From Eledone cirrhosa (taxonomy: Eukaryota): a stretch of DNA of 64,000 nt. The number at the start of each line of letters is the position of its first letter. Position 1 is the stretch's first letter. Below the pieces are notes generated by a model. It did no database searches and was not told the DNA's origin. It saw nothing but the letters and a program-made list of their open reading frames with translations. Location of the stretch: assembly GCA_964016885.1 (NCBI GenBank), contig OZ024742.1:221712001-221776000 (forward strand). Reading direction: 5' to 3'. The position numbers were made by a program, and so were the translations under genes. Below are positions 1 through 13,409 of this stretch, in pieces.

Positions 1-409
1 TTACCAAAATTTATCATTTACTAACACATTGTTTGTCCCCATCTTTTCATCCCCTCAACCCTATCCAACTTTGGATTAAAATGAAATCGTTCATACCTTC
101 ATTTCACTTATCCCCTTCCCAGATAATCTCTGACCCCCTTTCCTCATTGACCCTTCCATTCATATTTTCATTTCACTTATCTTCCCTAATAATCTTTCTT
201 CCCCCCCTCCTTTCAGTCATTCATTCATTCATATAATTTTTTTTCTTATTTTGCATATTTGGCTTTTTTTTTTATTGTTTTCCCTGTTGTTTCTCTGTCA
301 ATCTCTCACTTCCTATCTATTTCTTTCTCTCTATCACTCTCTCTTTCTGTCTCCTATGTTGCTTTACTCTCGCAGCCTTTCTTTCCTAATGCTTCATGTA
401 TTCTTTATT

Positions 410-554
410 ATATATATGTATATATATATACATACCTGTCTTTTCCTTTAGCATCCCATTTAACTATAGTTCTATAAATCTCTCTCTCTATATATATATA
501 TATCTATATATATATATATATATATATTCACACATGCACATATATGTATGTATG

Positions 555-591
<37 letters not shown>

Positions 592-617
592 GTATGTGTG
601 TGTGTATATATATATAA
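410..617. repeat. (TA)n/(TG)n/(TATG)n compound microsatellite
   Basis: Direct dinucleotide runs; the overlapping YIYI-type ORFs are artefacts. Confidence 0.9.
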
Positions 618-1522
618 TCAGTTGTTAGAGCAGATGATACTACAACCCTGTTGGTATGTCTCTGCTGCATTGGATGTTGCACCTTAGTTTACTAGTAGTC
701 CACTCTAGCTGTGCTTTAGTGAACTATTTCTCCTGTGCTTTAGTCATGTAGTTTCACGGTTGACATCTATGTCTACCTTGCAATATTGCTGTATCATGCT
801 CACTAGAAATATATGTATGCATGTCTTTATATAAAATAAACTGGGTTTTTTTTTTATGTCTTGTCTTGTTTTGTTTTCTTCTGTCGTAGCCCATTCATTA
901 GTGTATTTTTAATGAAATACATTGCCAATGTTCATTGGTTTATACAAAACTGTTTTTAAATGTTTACATTTATCCAGAAATCTTACATCATAATTTTATA
1001 TTAAGAATCTTTATATTCCAAATACCAGATAAATTGAGAAAGTTGGTTCATCATCATCGTTTAACATCCATGTTCCACGCTAGCATTGGTTATATTACTA
1101 ATTCCCTCCAAGTCCTTCATTATTTTCAAAATTATAGGTTGCCTTTTATGGTAATGAAATGATTAAATTCTCAGTGGTGTAGGGTAATTGCAAGGCCACC
1201 ACTGCCATTACTTCTTTTGTTAACATATTTCTATGAAAGACACATTCTATAATTTCCAAATCATTTCCAAAATAATAATTTGGAGGTAGGTAACTAATAT
1301 AACTTTCTCATTAAGTTGTGTTGTCTCAAACGGTCCCCTTTCTTAACCCTTAATTAATACCAAACCATCACCGGTTCTATGATAGTTTGTTTTAAATTAT
1401 CCAGATTTATTTTTAAATCTTCCATCGTGATTTTATGTAAAGACTTTTCAGTTATGCTCAATGCTATTGGATAATTTCAGGGCCAGTGCTGTCATTAAGG
1501 CCAACTAGACAGCTGTCTAAGG

Positions 1523-1695
1523 CAGTGGTTCCCAAAGTGGGTTCCTCAAAGGATTGTCTAGGGTTCCGTGAAAAAAAAACCTAGAGGAGTATATTTATAT
1601 TACAACCATATAACAGTATTAGGCTTTGGGGTCTCTCTCCCCCAAGTTTCCGAACCAAAAAGGGTTCCGCATTTGAAAAAGTTTGGGAAACCCTG
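1523..1695. mobile_element. hAT (Charlie-like) MITE
   Basis: TIRs CAGTGGTTCCCAAA / TTTGGGAAACCCTG; near-identical 8-bp TSD GTCTAAGG / GTCTAGGG. Confidence 0.8.
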
Positions 1696-3643
1696 GTCTA
1701 GGGCATAGACCTCAGAAGTACATTACTGAACTTTAAAGGATCAGTTTTATACAAATTTTTATAATTAATTTAAGTATTTAATTTCCTGCAATCAATAAAT
1801 AAATCACTAAACATCTTTATTGCATAGCAGTGTTGTGGAAATATCCAAAACAGTGAGAGGTTTGTTAGTGTTATGACTTGGCATGGATGAGTGTGGATTA
1901 TCATCATTTCATCATCATTTTACGTCTGCTTTTTCCCTGCTTGCAAGGGTGGGACTATATAGTGAAAATTGCAGGCTTAGTAATTCTTTTAGTATAGTCA
2001 GAGCAAGAAGTGTCACAATCTAGTTTTGTCAGCCTACTAAACTGTAAGTTGAAAGTATTTTGAGAAGGAGGCACTACATAACCAGGCACTGCAGATGTAC
2101 ACATGCACACCTTCCCATTCATATTTAATATAATTATACAAATTTGTATAAATCTGGGATCCTTTAAGATTTAATATTGTACCCTAGTTAGCCTCAATTG
2201 TAGCACAGGCCCTAAGTGTGTGTAATAGGTTCTGTTTTAACCAGCTGTATCTGGCCAGAATTCTCACCTCTTTCTGTTCAAACCAGCTGTAACTGGCCAC
2301 TCATACTTAAGTTACGGTATTTTTCTTAAAATGAATATCAAAATCTCATAGATTCGATATTATGTGAGATAAAGTGTTAACTGAAAATACAATAGTAAAT
2401 ATAGAGTAATGTAAAGGCTAAAGGGTTAAAACGCTATTTTTTATCCTTTCACTTCAACCCATTCATGACTAGATTTAAATTCTTTTGATGGCAAATGGAG
2501 AAAAAAAAGTCACACTTTGGAGTAGGAAAGCAAGATATAAACTAGAATTTAAGTTTTTTTACTGGTCTTATCCTATATTGTTATTGATAGGTAGCAAATA
2601 TCAGTGGTTAAAGTATTGGATTAAATTCCTCGGTATTTTTCCGTCTCTCTGTGCTCTGACTTCAAATTTTGTCATGTCAACTTCATTTATCCTTTTATGG
2701 TTGATAAAGTGCCAGTTAAATTTTGCAAAGATTTTAATTTTTACCTTTTTCTTTTTAAGTATTGAAATTAAAAGCAACTTTTTCTCTTGAATTTGTCCTA
2801 ACACATTCTGTGGAGAGTAATTCATTAGTCTCCAATTAAAATATAGTACTGGGGTTGATATAATAGACTTTCCCGTCCCCAAATTTCTGGCCTTGTGCCA
2901 AAATATGTAATTATTTCACTATTACCAAACTACTCACTCTAAAGACACCATGCATGTAACATATCTGAAAAATTCATGCAAGCTGTTATGTTGTCTTGCA
3001 TACACGCACAGGCCGACCGTCAAAGTTGATTAAATCAACCCCAGTACTTGACTGCTAGTTTATTTTATCGACCCTGAAAGGGTGAAAAGCAAAGCTGACG
3101 TAAGCGGGTTTGAACTGAGAATTCAAAGAAGCAGAACAAATACTGCTATGGCATTTTATCTGACACTGTGCCGATCCACCACTCTAACATATATAAACCT
3201 GTTTCTCTAACACAACAGTCTCTTATACGCAATACTCTATTTTCATTAAAGGAAAATGACTATAGATAAATAAATGTATCCTCCAAGCAGCTCAGACAAT
3301 AACAGGTCCATGAAATAATTCCCACCATATAGTAAAAAAGATAGATAATATGAATACGATCGGAACTAGATAGCTCATTTTTATTTTTCATACACATTTC
3401 GTTTAACATTTTAAGCACAAGTGCCTTAGGAATTACTTTATGATTTACACTTATTATTTATAAAATAAAGTACCACTAATGTACTGGGATAATTGCTGGC
3501 CTTGTGCCAAAAGTAGAAATAATTATTTGTGAATAAGTTCACTCTGCAAAATGGTAGCATTGATGCCACGATAAAATGCACCCAGCCCACTGCAATGCGT
3601 TAGTGTTGGTGTGATAAAACGCCACAGTCTGTTCTGCAAAGCA

Positions 3644-3835
3644 ATAATTGTTTCTACTTTAGGCACAAGGCCAGCAATTACCCAGTGCATTACTGGTACT
3701 TTATTTTATCGACCTCCGTAAGGATGAAAGGCAAAATCAACCTCGGCGGGATTTGAACTCAGATCGTAAAGGAGCGTAACTATGCTGGAAAGCATGGCGT
3801 CCGACCCTCTACCGATACTGCCAATCCACCGCCCT
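3644..3835 (-). mobile_element. Copy of the dominant SINE family (other copies at about 22590-22775 -, 27320-27830 +, 33445-33830 +, 47640-47810 +, 49665-49790 +, 54455-54838 + twice, 58890-59040 +)
   Basis: Recurrent consensus GGCAGTATCGGTAGAG..GAGTTCAAATCCCGCCGAGGTTAACTTTGCCTTTCATCCTTACGGGGTCGATAAAATAAAGTACCAGTAATGCACTGG..TAATTGCTGGCCTTGTGCC..AAAGTAGAAACAATTATT, with tRNA-like A box and B box (GTTCAAATCC). Confidence 0.85.
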
Positions 3836-4894
3836 ATCTGCAAAGCAATAATGCTGGTGCCATGATAAAACATAACCAGTACACCCTGTAAAGTGGTTGA
3901 CGTCAAGCTGTAGAAATTATATCAAATTGGAATGTATGAGCAAGACGGGGTCATATATGACTTGTCTAATCTCAGAACATGTTGATCTGTCATAACTCAT
4001 ACCAACATGGAGCACGGGATGATATACTGATTAAAAACTATTAAAAACACAGCTAGCAATTTGAAAGGAAGGGCCATCATAAAAATAAACAAATGTAGAG
4101 AAAAGGCGTTATTGTAGTTATATACATACACCTACACACTCAAATTACATTCCATAATGTTAGCTATTAAAAACTATATTTGGTTTTATTTTTTTTACTA
4201 GGTGGGATTTCTCAGCGACCTCCAGTTTATAAAACCCTGGCCTAGTTAGGTGCAGACTTGATTGTATATGATTAAGTAGTTCAATTCAAAATTACGAGAT
4301 TTTGAGTTTCGTCCCATGGCGTACATACCTGTAACTTTTTTTCATTAGCTTAGGGCGGTCTTCTGCAAAGAAGACGAGTGCTCCAGTCTGAATACTTACA
4401 GCAAAAGACAGGTGATCGTGTATCCACCTCGTAACTTTCTTAATATATATTTTTATTGACATTTTGCAGATACATTTTTCATTTTTTTTATGGTGTAGAT
4501 TACGATTAAATAAATGGAGTTCTTTTGTTCGTAATTCATATTTGTAGAAATGACATTGCATTGAAAAGGTTGTAGGGACACTGTATTAACAAACGGCATT
4601 TTTAAAACCTGGTGGAGCCCATGTCTGAATACAGCAGATTTCTCTCCGAGAAGGATAGAAGAAAGGAAGTGAGGAAGAATTGGTCCTAGTACTTGACTGG
4701 TACTTTTTTTATTGACCTCAACTGGATGAACGGCAAAGTTGATGAACCCGGAGAGCAGTGTACCGGAACGAATACTACAAAGCATTCTATCACATTACGA
4801 TCCAGTAGAAAATCTATTTTCATTATCAACATGAAATCGTTGATGCTATTATAGACTAGAATAATATTTAAACAAAACAAAACAAAAACAAAAA

Positions 4895-5020
4895 AGGAAA
4901 GGGAGGACATTTCAATTTCAGCCATACCCCACAGACAGAATGGCGAGAACATGCCACGGAGAATGGCCAGCGACACCCGCTTCACAGAGTTCCTCCTTCT
5001 CGTAGGGTGTTGTTTTTCGG

Positions 5021-5055
<35 letters not shown>

Positions 5056-5130
5056 GAAATCGGCAGTGTGGGCACCAAGGACACCAGCAGTTTCAACAGC
5101 GGTCGGACAAGCCTCCTCGGTGGAAGGCAT
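4895..5130 (-). mobile_element. 3' fragment of CRE-like RLE non-LTR retrotransposon, interrupted by a poly(A) tract
   Basis: Translation PTAVETAGVLGAHTADFL matches the P.AVET.G.LG segment of the RLE fragment at 12020-12421. Confidence 0.65.
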
Positions 5131-5559
5131 GACGAAAAAAGAATTCCGAATTAATGTTTAGCCTAATACAAATCGAAAGTATTGGATATAAAACTGCTAG
5201 TTTTATAACGTTCATACTTATATTAAGACAACCCACACACGTTATAATTTTATTCAATGTTTGTCATGCTACAAATTAATTTTTTGATTATTTCCAAAAT
5301 TAATTGAAACACATTAGCAGTGTATTTCATTAGAAAGACGGTAAGGAGACCATTAATGGATGGAAGTAAACAATAATGAAAGTATCTACACAAAACCGCG
5401 TTAAGAGGAAACAATAGCACAAGAGATATAACGGTGCTTAAGATGTTAAATGGAAAACAAACTTGCCATCTAGATTCTGACTAGTCAAATTGTTATATTG
5501 TTTACTATACCGGTGCAAAACTGCAGTTTATTTAAAATGCTACAGTAATCTAATTACCT

Positions 5560-5810
5560 ATTGGAGGAAAAAAAAAAAGGATTAAAATAAACAGGAAGAG
5601 AAAAGTTAATTGAGGGAGCAAATTCTACACGTTTGGCTGAACAGTATATCACAGCTGTGTATGTGAGAACAAGATGGTGAAAGAATTGCCACGGAGAACA
5701 ACCAGCGATACATACATCAACCCCTCTCGATTTTGCGGAGGAAAACAGTTTTACAGCGACTGACACGAAAAAGAAGCGTTCAAAGCACACCGGAAGTCTT
5801 TACAGGGACC
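5560..5810 (-). mobile_element. CRE-like element 3' end/UTR remnant
   Basis: GTGTAGAATTTGC...TCTCTTCCTGTTTATT 3' sequence is shared with the CRE-like remnant at 58170-58480. Confidence 0.5.
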
Positions 5811-8213
5811 TACACGAAAAAGGAGTGTTCCGAGCTCGGTATTTGGATATCTTCTCTTTTGAGTTACGAAGTATCAAAACTATTTGATACGAATGGTTTG
5901 TGAAAAGCCATGCACTTGTTAACCTATCTTTTACACGTAGTGATGTACGATCTCTCTCTCTTGCTTTCAATAGTCCCAATAAAACGCATACACACTTTCA
6001 TTATCTGTACAGGCAATATTTATTAGAAGGCTGTTTGAGTGTGTATACATTTTTTTAGACACCCTGTATATTAATATTGTTGTTATTGTAAATATACACT
6101 CTAAAGATGGGAGTTAATAGTCTGGATAATTATAAAACTTGAAATAGTTTGTTGTGTTTTTCGGTCCCTAGAAGGATGGGACGGGGCTTAGGTTCATGTG
6201 TACTTCAGAGAAATACTTTCCATTAATGTGAAAGGGCTATGGGGATGGGTATCTAAATTAGATATAGTAAACTGAATCGTTACTTCAATAGATGTGTGTG
6301 TGGGAGGAGGACAAAGATGAAAAAAACGGGGTTCGGTTGAAGGGTCGATTGGTTTATTCTCTCGTTTGTTGTTTTGTGTGGAGAGTAACTCATTCAGTTT
6401 AGTGGGATTCATCATCAACATTATCACTATCAAAGTTATTACTATCCGCACCATCATCACCTGTCTCGGCAATGTGTTTTCTGAAGTTTGTATTTTGATA
6501 TCCCTTCGTCCATAAAGTACCAAGTGACGTTGAAGAGAGAGAACCTCTTCATGGTAGTTTGACCGACTAGAAATAACAGCCAAATTCTCTCAAATCAACT
6601 TCCAAAAGTCAAACATTGGTTTAGAAAAAGTTTTAAGATTTTCTTTACCATATTTTAAATGATTTTGAAAACGATAATTTTTAGTGATTTAGTAATATAA
6701 CTCACCTTTGCATTATTAAGCTGTGTTTGGAACTTAACTTAAAGGTTCTTACATAAAATTACGATGGCAGGGTTTTAGATTAATATAAACACGTTAACCC
6801 TTTCGTTACCATATGTCTAATTAAATTAGCCTATGATTTTTTTTTATTATTTTTAAAACAATAACAAATTTAGAGTGATTTAATAATATAATTTTCTGAC
6901 TCGTTATTAAGCTGGTGTTTGGAGCATAATTCAACAAAAGTTCTTACTTAAAATTATGATGGAAAGTATTCAGATAAATTTAAATTAAATAAACAGCGTT
7001 GTATCATAAAACCAGGGACAATTTACTATCAAACGGGGTAAGCCGAAATTTTCAGTGAGTTTTATAATATTTAAATAAAATGTGACTTTTCTTCGTGATT
7101 TCCTGCTTACAGCATGACTAATCATGTGTTTGCACCTGGAAAGTTCCTCTTCAAAGCACAAGCCTGAGCATGGCGTTTTGTGGAGGACCAGTAGTTAGTT
7201 AGCCTTGTATTTAAGTCTACACACCAAAGTTGTACAATAGAAAGGCAAAGGCCGATACAGCTTGGCACCAGGGCAACAATTTGTGGGGAGGGGGAGTCGA
7301 TTAAATCAAGCTAGTGTGTTACTGGTTCCTTAAGAATGATAGTCAAATCTAACCTAATAATTCTTCCCCCATCTTAATGATGAAATGACTTTAGTAAATC
7401 CCCTCAAATTCTTCATTCATGGACTTCAGTGTATTTCGTTATAAAATGGCCATGAAAGGGTGTGTACCGATATATCTACTATTACTACAGCCGTCACACA
7501 ATCGAGTATGACTTTGTAGTATGTAGACACAGACACCCTCCTGCCATGAGCGATGAACTGAGCCAGTACTTTACTGGTACTTTATCGACACCAGAAGGAA
7601 TAAAAGGCAAAGTGGACCTCGGCAAGATATAAACTCAGAACGCAGAGACAAGGGTCAAATATCCAACGTTCTGACGAATATTCCATAGCGACTACTTTAC
7701 CTTCGCATGCATGGTCCTATAACCCCCGAGAGAGTTGTAGGGGCACCGTATTGACATACGTCGTTTCTAGGGTATTTTAAAAAGATCTGACGGACCCCAT
7801 CTCTTCTCGAGGTCTGAATCCAGTGAAGGATAGAGGGTGAGAGAATGGAAGTGAGAAAGAATCGACCAGTATTTAACTGGTACATTCTTTTCGTCCTCAA
7901 ATTGATGAAAGGAAAAGTCGACCTCGGTGGGATTTGAACTGAAAGAGCAGAGAGCCGGAACGAATATCGCAAAGTATTCTATCCGACGTTCCAACGAATC
8001 TGCCAAATCGACCGCTTGGTGTTTTAATGGCTTTCATGGAGTGTGTGAAATCAGACCGCTTGTCAAAAGAAACATTTTCAAATCTATCATTTCTAATATT
8101 TAGCCTCCTACTACGCACGCGCGCGCACACAAACACATGCATACATACATACATACACACACACATGCATATTTACATACCGCCGACTGTCTTATACATG
8201 AATACATATATAT

Positions 8214-8950
8214 ATATATTAATAAATGGAAACTATATTTATAAAACCATAATTATTTTATTATATTTCAAGTGTAACTAAGGTAGTCTTGGTGCGCTTT
8301 CATCAGATAAAATACAAAATTTGTTTTATAAATATTGACATAACCGTGCAAAACAACCCTGACGGTTGAAAGTTCGCTGGATAGTGAAAAATTGTATTGA
8401 GGGTAATTCAAAGTTTTGTGTATGCAAATATGCAAATGAATGTCCGAAAAATCGAAAAAAACAACCGTTTATTTAAATTACACTGTTGGAAGAAGAGAGA
8501 AAATAAAATAAAATATTAATATATGCAGAAGTAGAGCGAAGAAAGAAGTTTATCCTAGGATGTGTTTTTCTCTCTCTTCTTCCAACAGTGTAATTTAAAT
8601 AAACGGTTGTTTTTTTCAATTTTTCGGACATTCATTTGCATATTCACACAGAACTTTGAATTACCCTCAATAACATTTTTCACTATCCAGCGAACTTTCA
8701 ACCGTCAGGCTTGTTTTCCACGGTTATGTCAATATTTATAAAACAAATTTTGTATTTTATCTGATGAAAGCGCACCAAGACTGCCTTGGTTGCCCTTGAA
8801 ATATATATAATAAAATAATTATGGTTTTATAACTATAGTTTCCATTTATTAATATATTGAATATTTACTCCAGTAGAGTGTCGAGTGCTTTATATCAGTT
8901 ATAAACTTTTAAGTTTGTTGGAATCCCAACAAATTAAATATAACTTCTAC
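8214..8950 (+). mobile_element. Non-coding fold-back PLE derivative: inverted pseudo-LTR arms with hammerhead ribozymes plus a 3' tail
   Basis: Arm about 8214-8503 is the reverse complement of about 8563-8855; tail 8856-8950 is homologous to the PLE tail at 13214-13300; (TA)n on both sides. Confidence 0.85.
8753..8817 (+). ncRNA. Minimal type-I hammerhead ribozyme
   Basis: TATTTTAT-CTGATGA-[AAGCGCACCAAG ACTGC CTTGGTTGCCCTT]-GAAA-TATATA-TA^ATAAAATA: 8-bp helix I, palindromic helix III. The mirror copy at about 8254-8315 (-) has lost 4 nt of helix III. Confidence 0.85.
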
Positions 8951-10267
8951 ATATATATATATATATATATATGTATTCATGTATAAGTACATAGATAATA
9001 TATAAATACATATATACAAACATGCATAAAGACATACGTATAAACACACATGCATACAAATTTACATTTCCATACACAAACGCTTAAAAACATATATACA
9101 ACCACACTCACACATAAATACGCACAGACAACCACACATACACTTGCATATATACAGAGACACACATACACATTGGAAATTTCAAAAAGCTATCTCAGCC
9201 TTTGAAGTTTTTATTTCTTAATCTACCCTTATTGTACCTTAACATCTACAATGTCAACGTGTGGAATTCGACTATTTATAGTCCGGTATTCTTTAGATTA
9301 TAGCAGGGCGTTTCACTCTAACGTATATTATAAAACGAACAGTAAAAAGACGTCAAGAGGTTTTATATATATATAAACAACATATATATGAGGACTACAG
9401 GAAATATAATTTGAACTAGCTTAGTTATTTTTATTTTCCGTTTATTTGTTTGTAAGGTGGTTTTGTTGGTGACACGACACAAAGCACCCAACCCATCCTA
9501 TAAAGTGATCATGTTAGTGAAATGACAAAAAGCACCCGGTCCACCCTGTAAGGTGGTTGTGCAGGTGACACGATGAAAAATTAGCCTGTCCAACCTGTTA
9601 TTTGATCGTTTTGGTGCCATGATGAAATGCACCCAGTCCACGCTGTAAATGTGACTGGCGTTAGGAAGGACATCCAGCAGTAGAAACGAAGCCAGAAACA
9701 GTTCTGTATGAACAAAACAAGGTTACCTGACCTGACTTGTCGCATAACGGAACCACTCGTCTAAACCCAAGCTAGCGCGGAAAATGGACGTTAAACGGTG
9801 ATGATGATGATATATAATTAAGTTGGTTTTCCTAAGAGAATCGGAAGGAAACCACATTTAAATAAGATACTCAATACATTGGTACAGAAGGTACACAAAT
9901 ATTTCATAGAGAAATAATTTCGACGGGACTAGAACTGAAGAAATCAGCTGTTTTCCGACCGGGAGAGGGATGGGCTCAACCACATCGTGTCCCCAATCTC
10001 CATCAAAAATTAAAGGCCCTTTATTTATTTTAACATATTTTAGGGATATTTCAATGACAACACCCGAAATGATATTACTAGTTGCTTTTTTTTCTTTTCT
10101 TTTTACAAAAAAATGTGCTTTAATTTAATCAGACAATAAATATATCTTGAAATTCAGACAGATGGCCATACAGAGATGTCACAACCATTTTTTCTTCCAA
10201 GACATTTACTGTTATAACACCAAGAAAATTATAAACAAATCTATTCAAATAACAACACTACAAATAT

Positions 10268-11220
10268 TTAAAAACGGAAAATGAAGAGATGGGCAAGGGC
10301 TCTAGAGTCATAGAAGAATGGGAGGGTGATGGGCTCTAGGACTAGGGCGTGGTACTGTTGGGCCTGCGCCCCTCGGACAAGACCGTAAAAGCATTTCTGT
10401 GGACTATGACCAGCAACAGCCACACCATCTCGCGGGGCTCCTTCCTCGGACGGGCTGCGGACATTCCGATCTCGTGGAGGAGCTCGGTAGTACGGCGTTT
10501 GCCGTCTCTTGGTCGAAGCCTGTTGGCTCCAGTTGTGACGGGAAGCCAACTGCATCCAGGCTCAGAACGGCATGTCGGAGTAACCGGCCTGCGCTCTGGC
10601 AGCAAAACAGTGGGTACAGGCCAAACTGACCAACGACCGCCCCGCTGCAGCTTTTATGTGGCTCACACATGCGGAGTCCGAGGTGTTGGGCCACTCTGAT
10701 GCGAATGCACTCGTCAACAAGAAGAGTACCGGTTGACGTGGAGGGCACCGAATTGAGCCACGCACCGCTGTTTGGCTGTAAAGCGGAGCGGAGGCGGTGT
10801 TGGTCCAAGCTAGACTCGATCCGTGTGAAGGAAGACTTGCATTTGATGTCGTTCCAGTTGCGTTGGACATTTGTATACTAGAGCCTGCTCAAGTTCTGGG
10901 GCCACGTCAGGTTCGGCCGTCTTGCTGAGGACTTCGCTGACGAGAACGCGACTGGGAAAGATTGAGGAAAGGTAGGCCGGTAGAGCCAGATCCAAGGCCA
11001 CCGAACCTCGCTGGGAGCTTCGCCTGTTACCAGCCGACGCTGTCGAAACTGACATTGCAAATGATTTCTGCACTGCGTCGAATTCACCGAGAGGATCTGC
11101 GTGGGGGTGACAAGGTGCACTACGCAGCGTGAACAGAAATTTAGGGAGGGCGAAGCAGTTCCTCAGGAGGAAGAGTGTCAATGAGACGCAGCTTCTCTGC
11201 CATTCAGGACAAATCTGCAT
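10268..11220 (-). mobile_element. Degenerate CRE-clade non-LTR retrotransposon (RT C-terminus plus RLE with internal deletion)
   Basis: Frameshifted peptides LLRNCFALPKFLFTLRSAPC, SGAWLNSVPSTSTGTLL..RIRVAQHLG, LEPTGFD..DGKR and EPREMVWL; GC-rich island. Confidence 0.75.
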
Positions 11221-11355
11221 GCTTGGTCTCCATGTATTTCAGTTCTCTCTCTGATCAGCCAGTCTGCTAATATGCAAATCAGGCCAATCAGTCACTGTAT
11301 ATTTTAGAAAATATCATATATTTTCACTAGCTCTGACAGTTGGCAGGTGAACAGT

Positions 11356-11404
11356 GAACTGTACTGATGAAGGGTATACCCAGAAACATTAGTGTCAGCA
11401 GTTC
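11356..11404 (+). ncRNA. Minimal type-I hammerhead ribozyme
   Basis: GAACTGTA-CTGATGA-AGGGTATACCCA-GAAA-CATTAGTG-TC^AGCAGTTC; GUC cleavage triplet; one mismatch at the base of helix I and one at the base of helix II. Confidence 0.75.
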
Positions 11405-11544
11405 TGTTTATATACCAACACAAGAGCAAGAATGGGGGGCTCATTCTACTGACATGGCTTTAAAAATGAGGCTTGTTTGCAAACGAATCGAATATTATAA
11501 TTAATATTCGAAAAACTCAGATTACATGTATTTTTGTTTATAAA

Positions 11545-11589
11545 GCTCTGATGATTCCTGCCCAATGGTATGGATGAAACATTGTCAGC
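11545..11589 (+). ncRNA. Minimal type-I hammerhead ribozyme in a solo PLE pseudo-LTR end (about 11530-11637)
   Basis: GCT-CTGATGA-TTCCTGCCCAATGGTATGGAT-GAAA-CATTG-TC^AGC; downstream sequence is homologous to 21415-21505 and ends in (TA)n. Confidence 0.8.
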
Positions 11590-11633
11590 AAATAAAAATT
11601 GTATGAATATGTAGGCGTTCTTTGATTTCTTTT

Positions 11634-11691
<58 letters not shown>

Positions 11692-12019
11692 GGAAGAGAG
11701 AGACGGAGAGAGAGAGAGAACTGAACACACACACACATGCACGCGCGCGCGCGGTAACGAACTGGCAGTAATTAAAACATCGGATAGCATGCTTTGTGGT
11801 ATTCTTTCTGGCTATCTGAACTCTGTGTTCAAATACTGCCAAGGTCAACTTAGCTTTTTATCCTGTAAATAATGGGTCGTATTTTCTTTGATATTACTTT
11901 CCCACTCTCTACTTCTCTCCAAGAAATCAGCTGTATTCAGATTTCAGGAGGGGATGGGCTCCGCCAGGTTTAAAGTGTCAAAGACCCGTCGTATGTCACT
12001 ACGGCGCTCCTACGACTCT

Positions 12020-12421
12020 ACTAGCTCGAACCGGTGGGGCTGGACCGAGGGGTCGGCAAAAGGCCAGACGGTATGACCGTTCCGCGGTGGCAAACCCCTC
12101 GTCTGGGATGCCACTTACAGCGACAATTTCTCCAGCCGCAACTTGGTGCAGTCTGCGATTAACCCAGGTTCTGCTGCACGTCGGGCTAAGGAGGGCAAAC
12201 TCTCCAAGTACCGGTCGCTCTCCGACAGGTTTGCGGTCGTGCCCTTGGCAGTGGAGACTTCTGGTGTCCTTGGCCCTAGGGCTACCTCCCTACTCTCCAC
12301 CATAGGCGCTGAGATGGCCAGCCGCAGGTATGAGCCGCGCGAGATGGAATGGCTCTTCCAGCACATCTCCCTTACCATCCTCCGGGGACACGCCTTCTCC
12401 ATCTGTCCACCGTGGCTGTGA
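12020..12421 (+). mobile_element. CRE-like RLE (PD-(D/E)xK) endonuclease fragment
   Basis: LEPVGLDRGVGKRPDGMT..GKPLVWDAT..KLSKYRSL..VPLAVETSGVLGP..WLFQHISLTILRG. Confidence 0.8.
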
Positions 12422-12962
12422 GGCGGCCAGCAGGTGGGATCCCACATGCTCACAATATAGAGAGGTGGGGAGGGCGAGAGAGATTGAGGCGATGACAGTG
12501 GGAGTTCGGCTCTGTCATGTGGATCTTTGTCTTCTCAGTTACGAGTCCACACATATGTACATATATGTATACAAGAAATTCAACTTTTTATACTATGGTT
12601 AGTCAAACGTAGTTCGTATAACGGAAACAGACGCCCTATAGTTGAACTGAAGTGAAACAGTATCAAGTGCTAAAATAATCTTAGTTTGTGTGAGGTGTTG
12701 TCATGATAGAAATATATTTCAACTATCACCACTATACATATTCTCAAGTACATTTTCAATGACAAATTGTACAGTGGCACACTTTTTATTGTCGGTGTAA
12801 CGCCAAATCGACTGAGACTCGTATTGTTTAGAAAAGACATGCTACATTATAACGAGTCAAAGGAAAAAGAAAGACAAGAGAAAGTGTTACATTAAATTTA
12901 AATACTATAAAAAGGGTAATTTATGTTTAACCAGATAAAGAAATATGCAAGTAGGTGGCTAT

Positions 12963-13008
<46 letters not shown>

Positions 13009-13343
13009 TATATATATTCACAATCTTGAGGTTGTAAGTTCGATTCCTGGACCGGGTGATGCGTTATGTCCTTGAGCAAGACACTTTATTTCACGTTGCT
13101 CCTTCTACCTGGAGTTGCGACCGATAGATAGTATTAGCAACTGGAAAGACCGATGAAAACATTGTTTCCTCGTTCCGATTTGACGAAATATATGTATATA
13201 TATATATATATATGGAAAGTTATATTTAAAATTGTTGGGTTACAACTAGTAAATATTTATAACTGATATAAAAGCACTCGACAAATATTTGGAGTATATT
13301 TACAATATTAAATAAATGGAAACTATATTTATAAAACCATATT

Positions 13344-13409
13344 TATTTCATTATATATATTTCGGGGATATCATATTAACAATATGCTATGCCTTCCTCA
13401 GACAAAATA
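13344..13409 (-). ncRNA. Minimal hammerhead ribozyme in the PLE 3' pseudo-LTR
   Basis: Reverse complement of the motif at 17391-17456. Confidence 0.75.
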
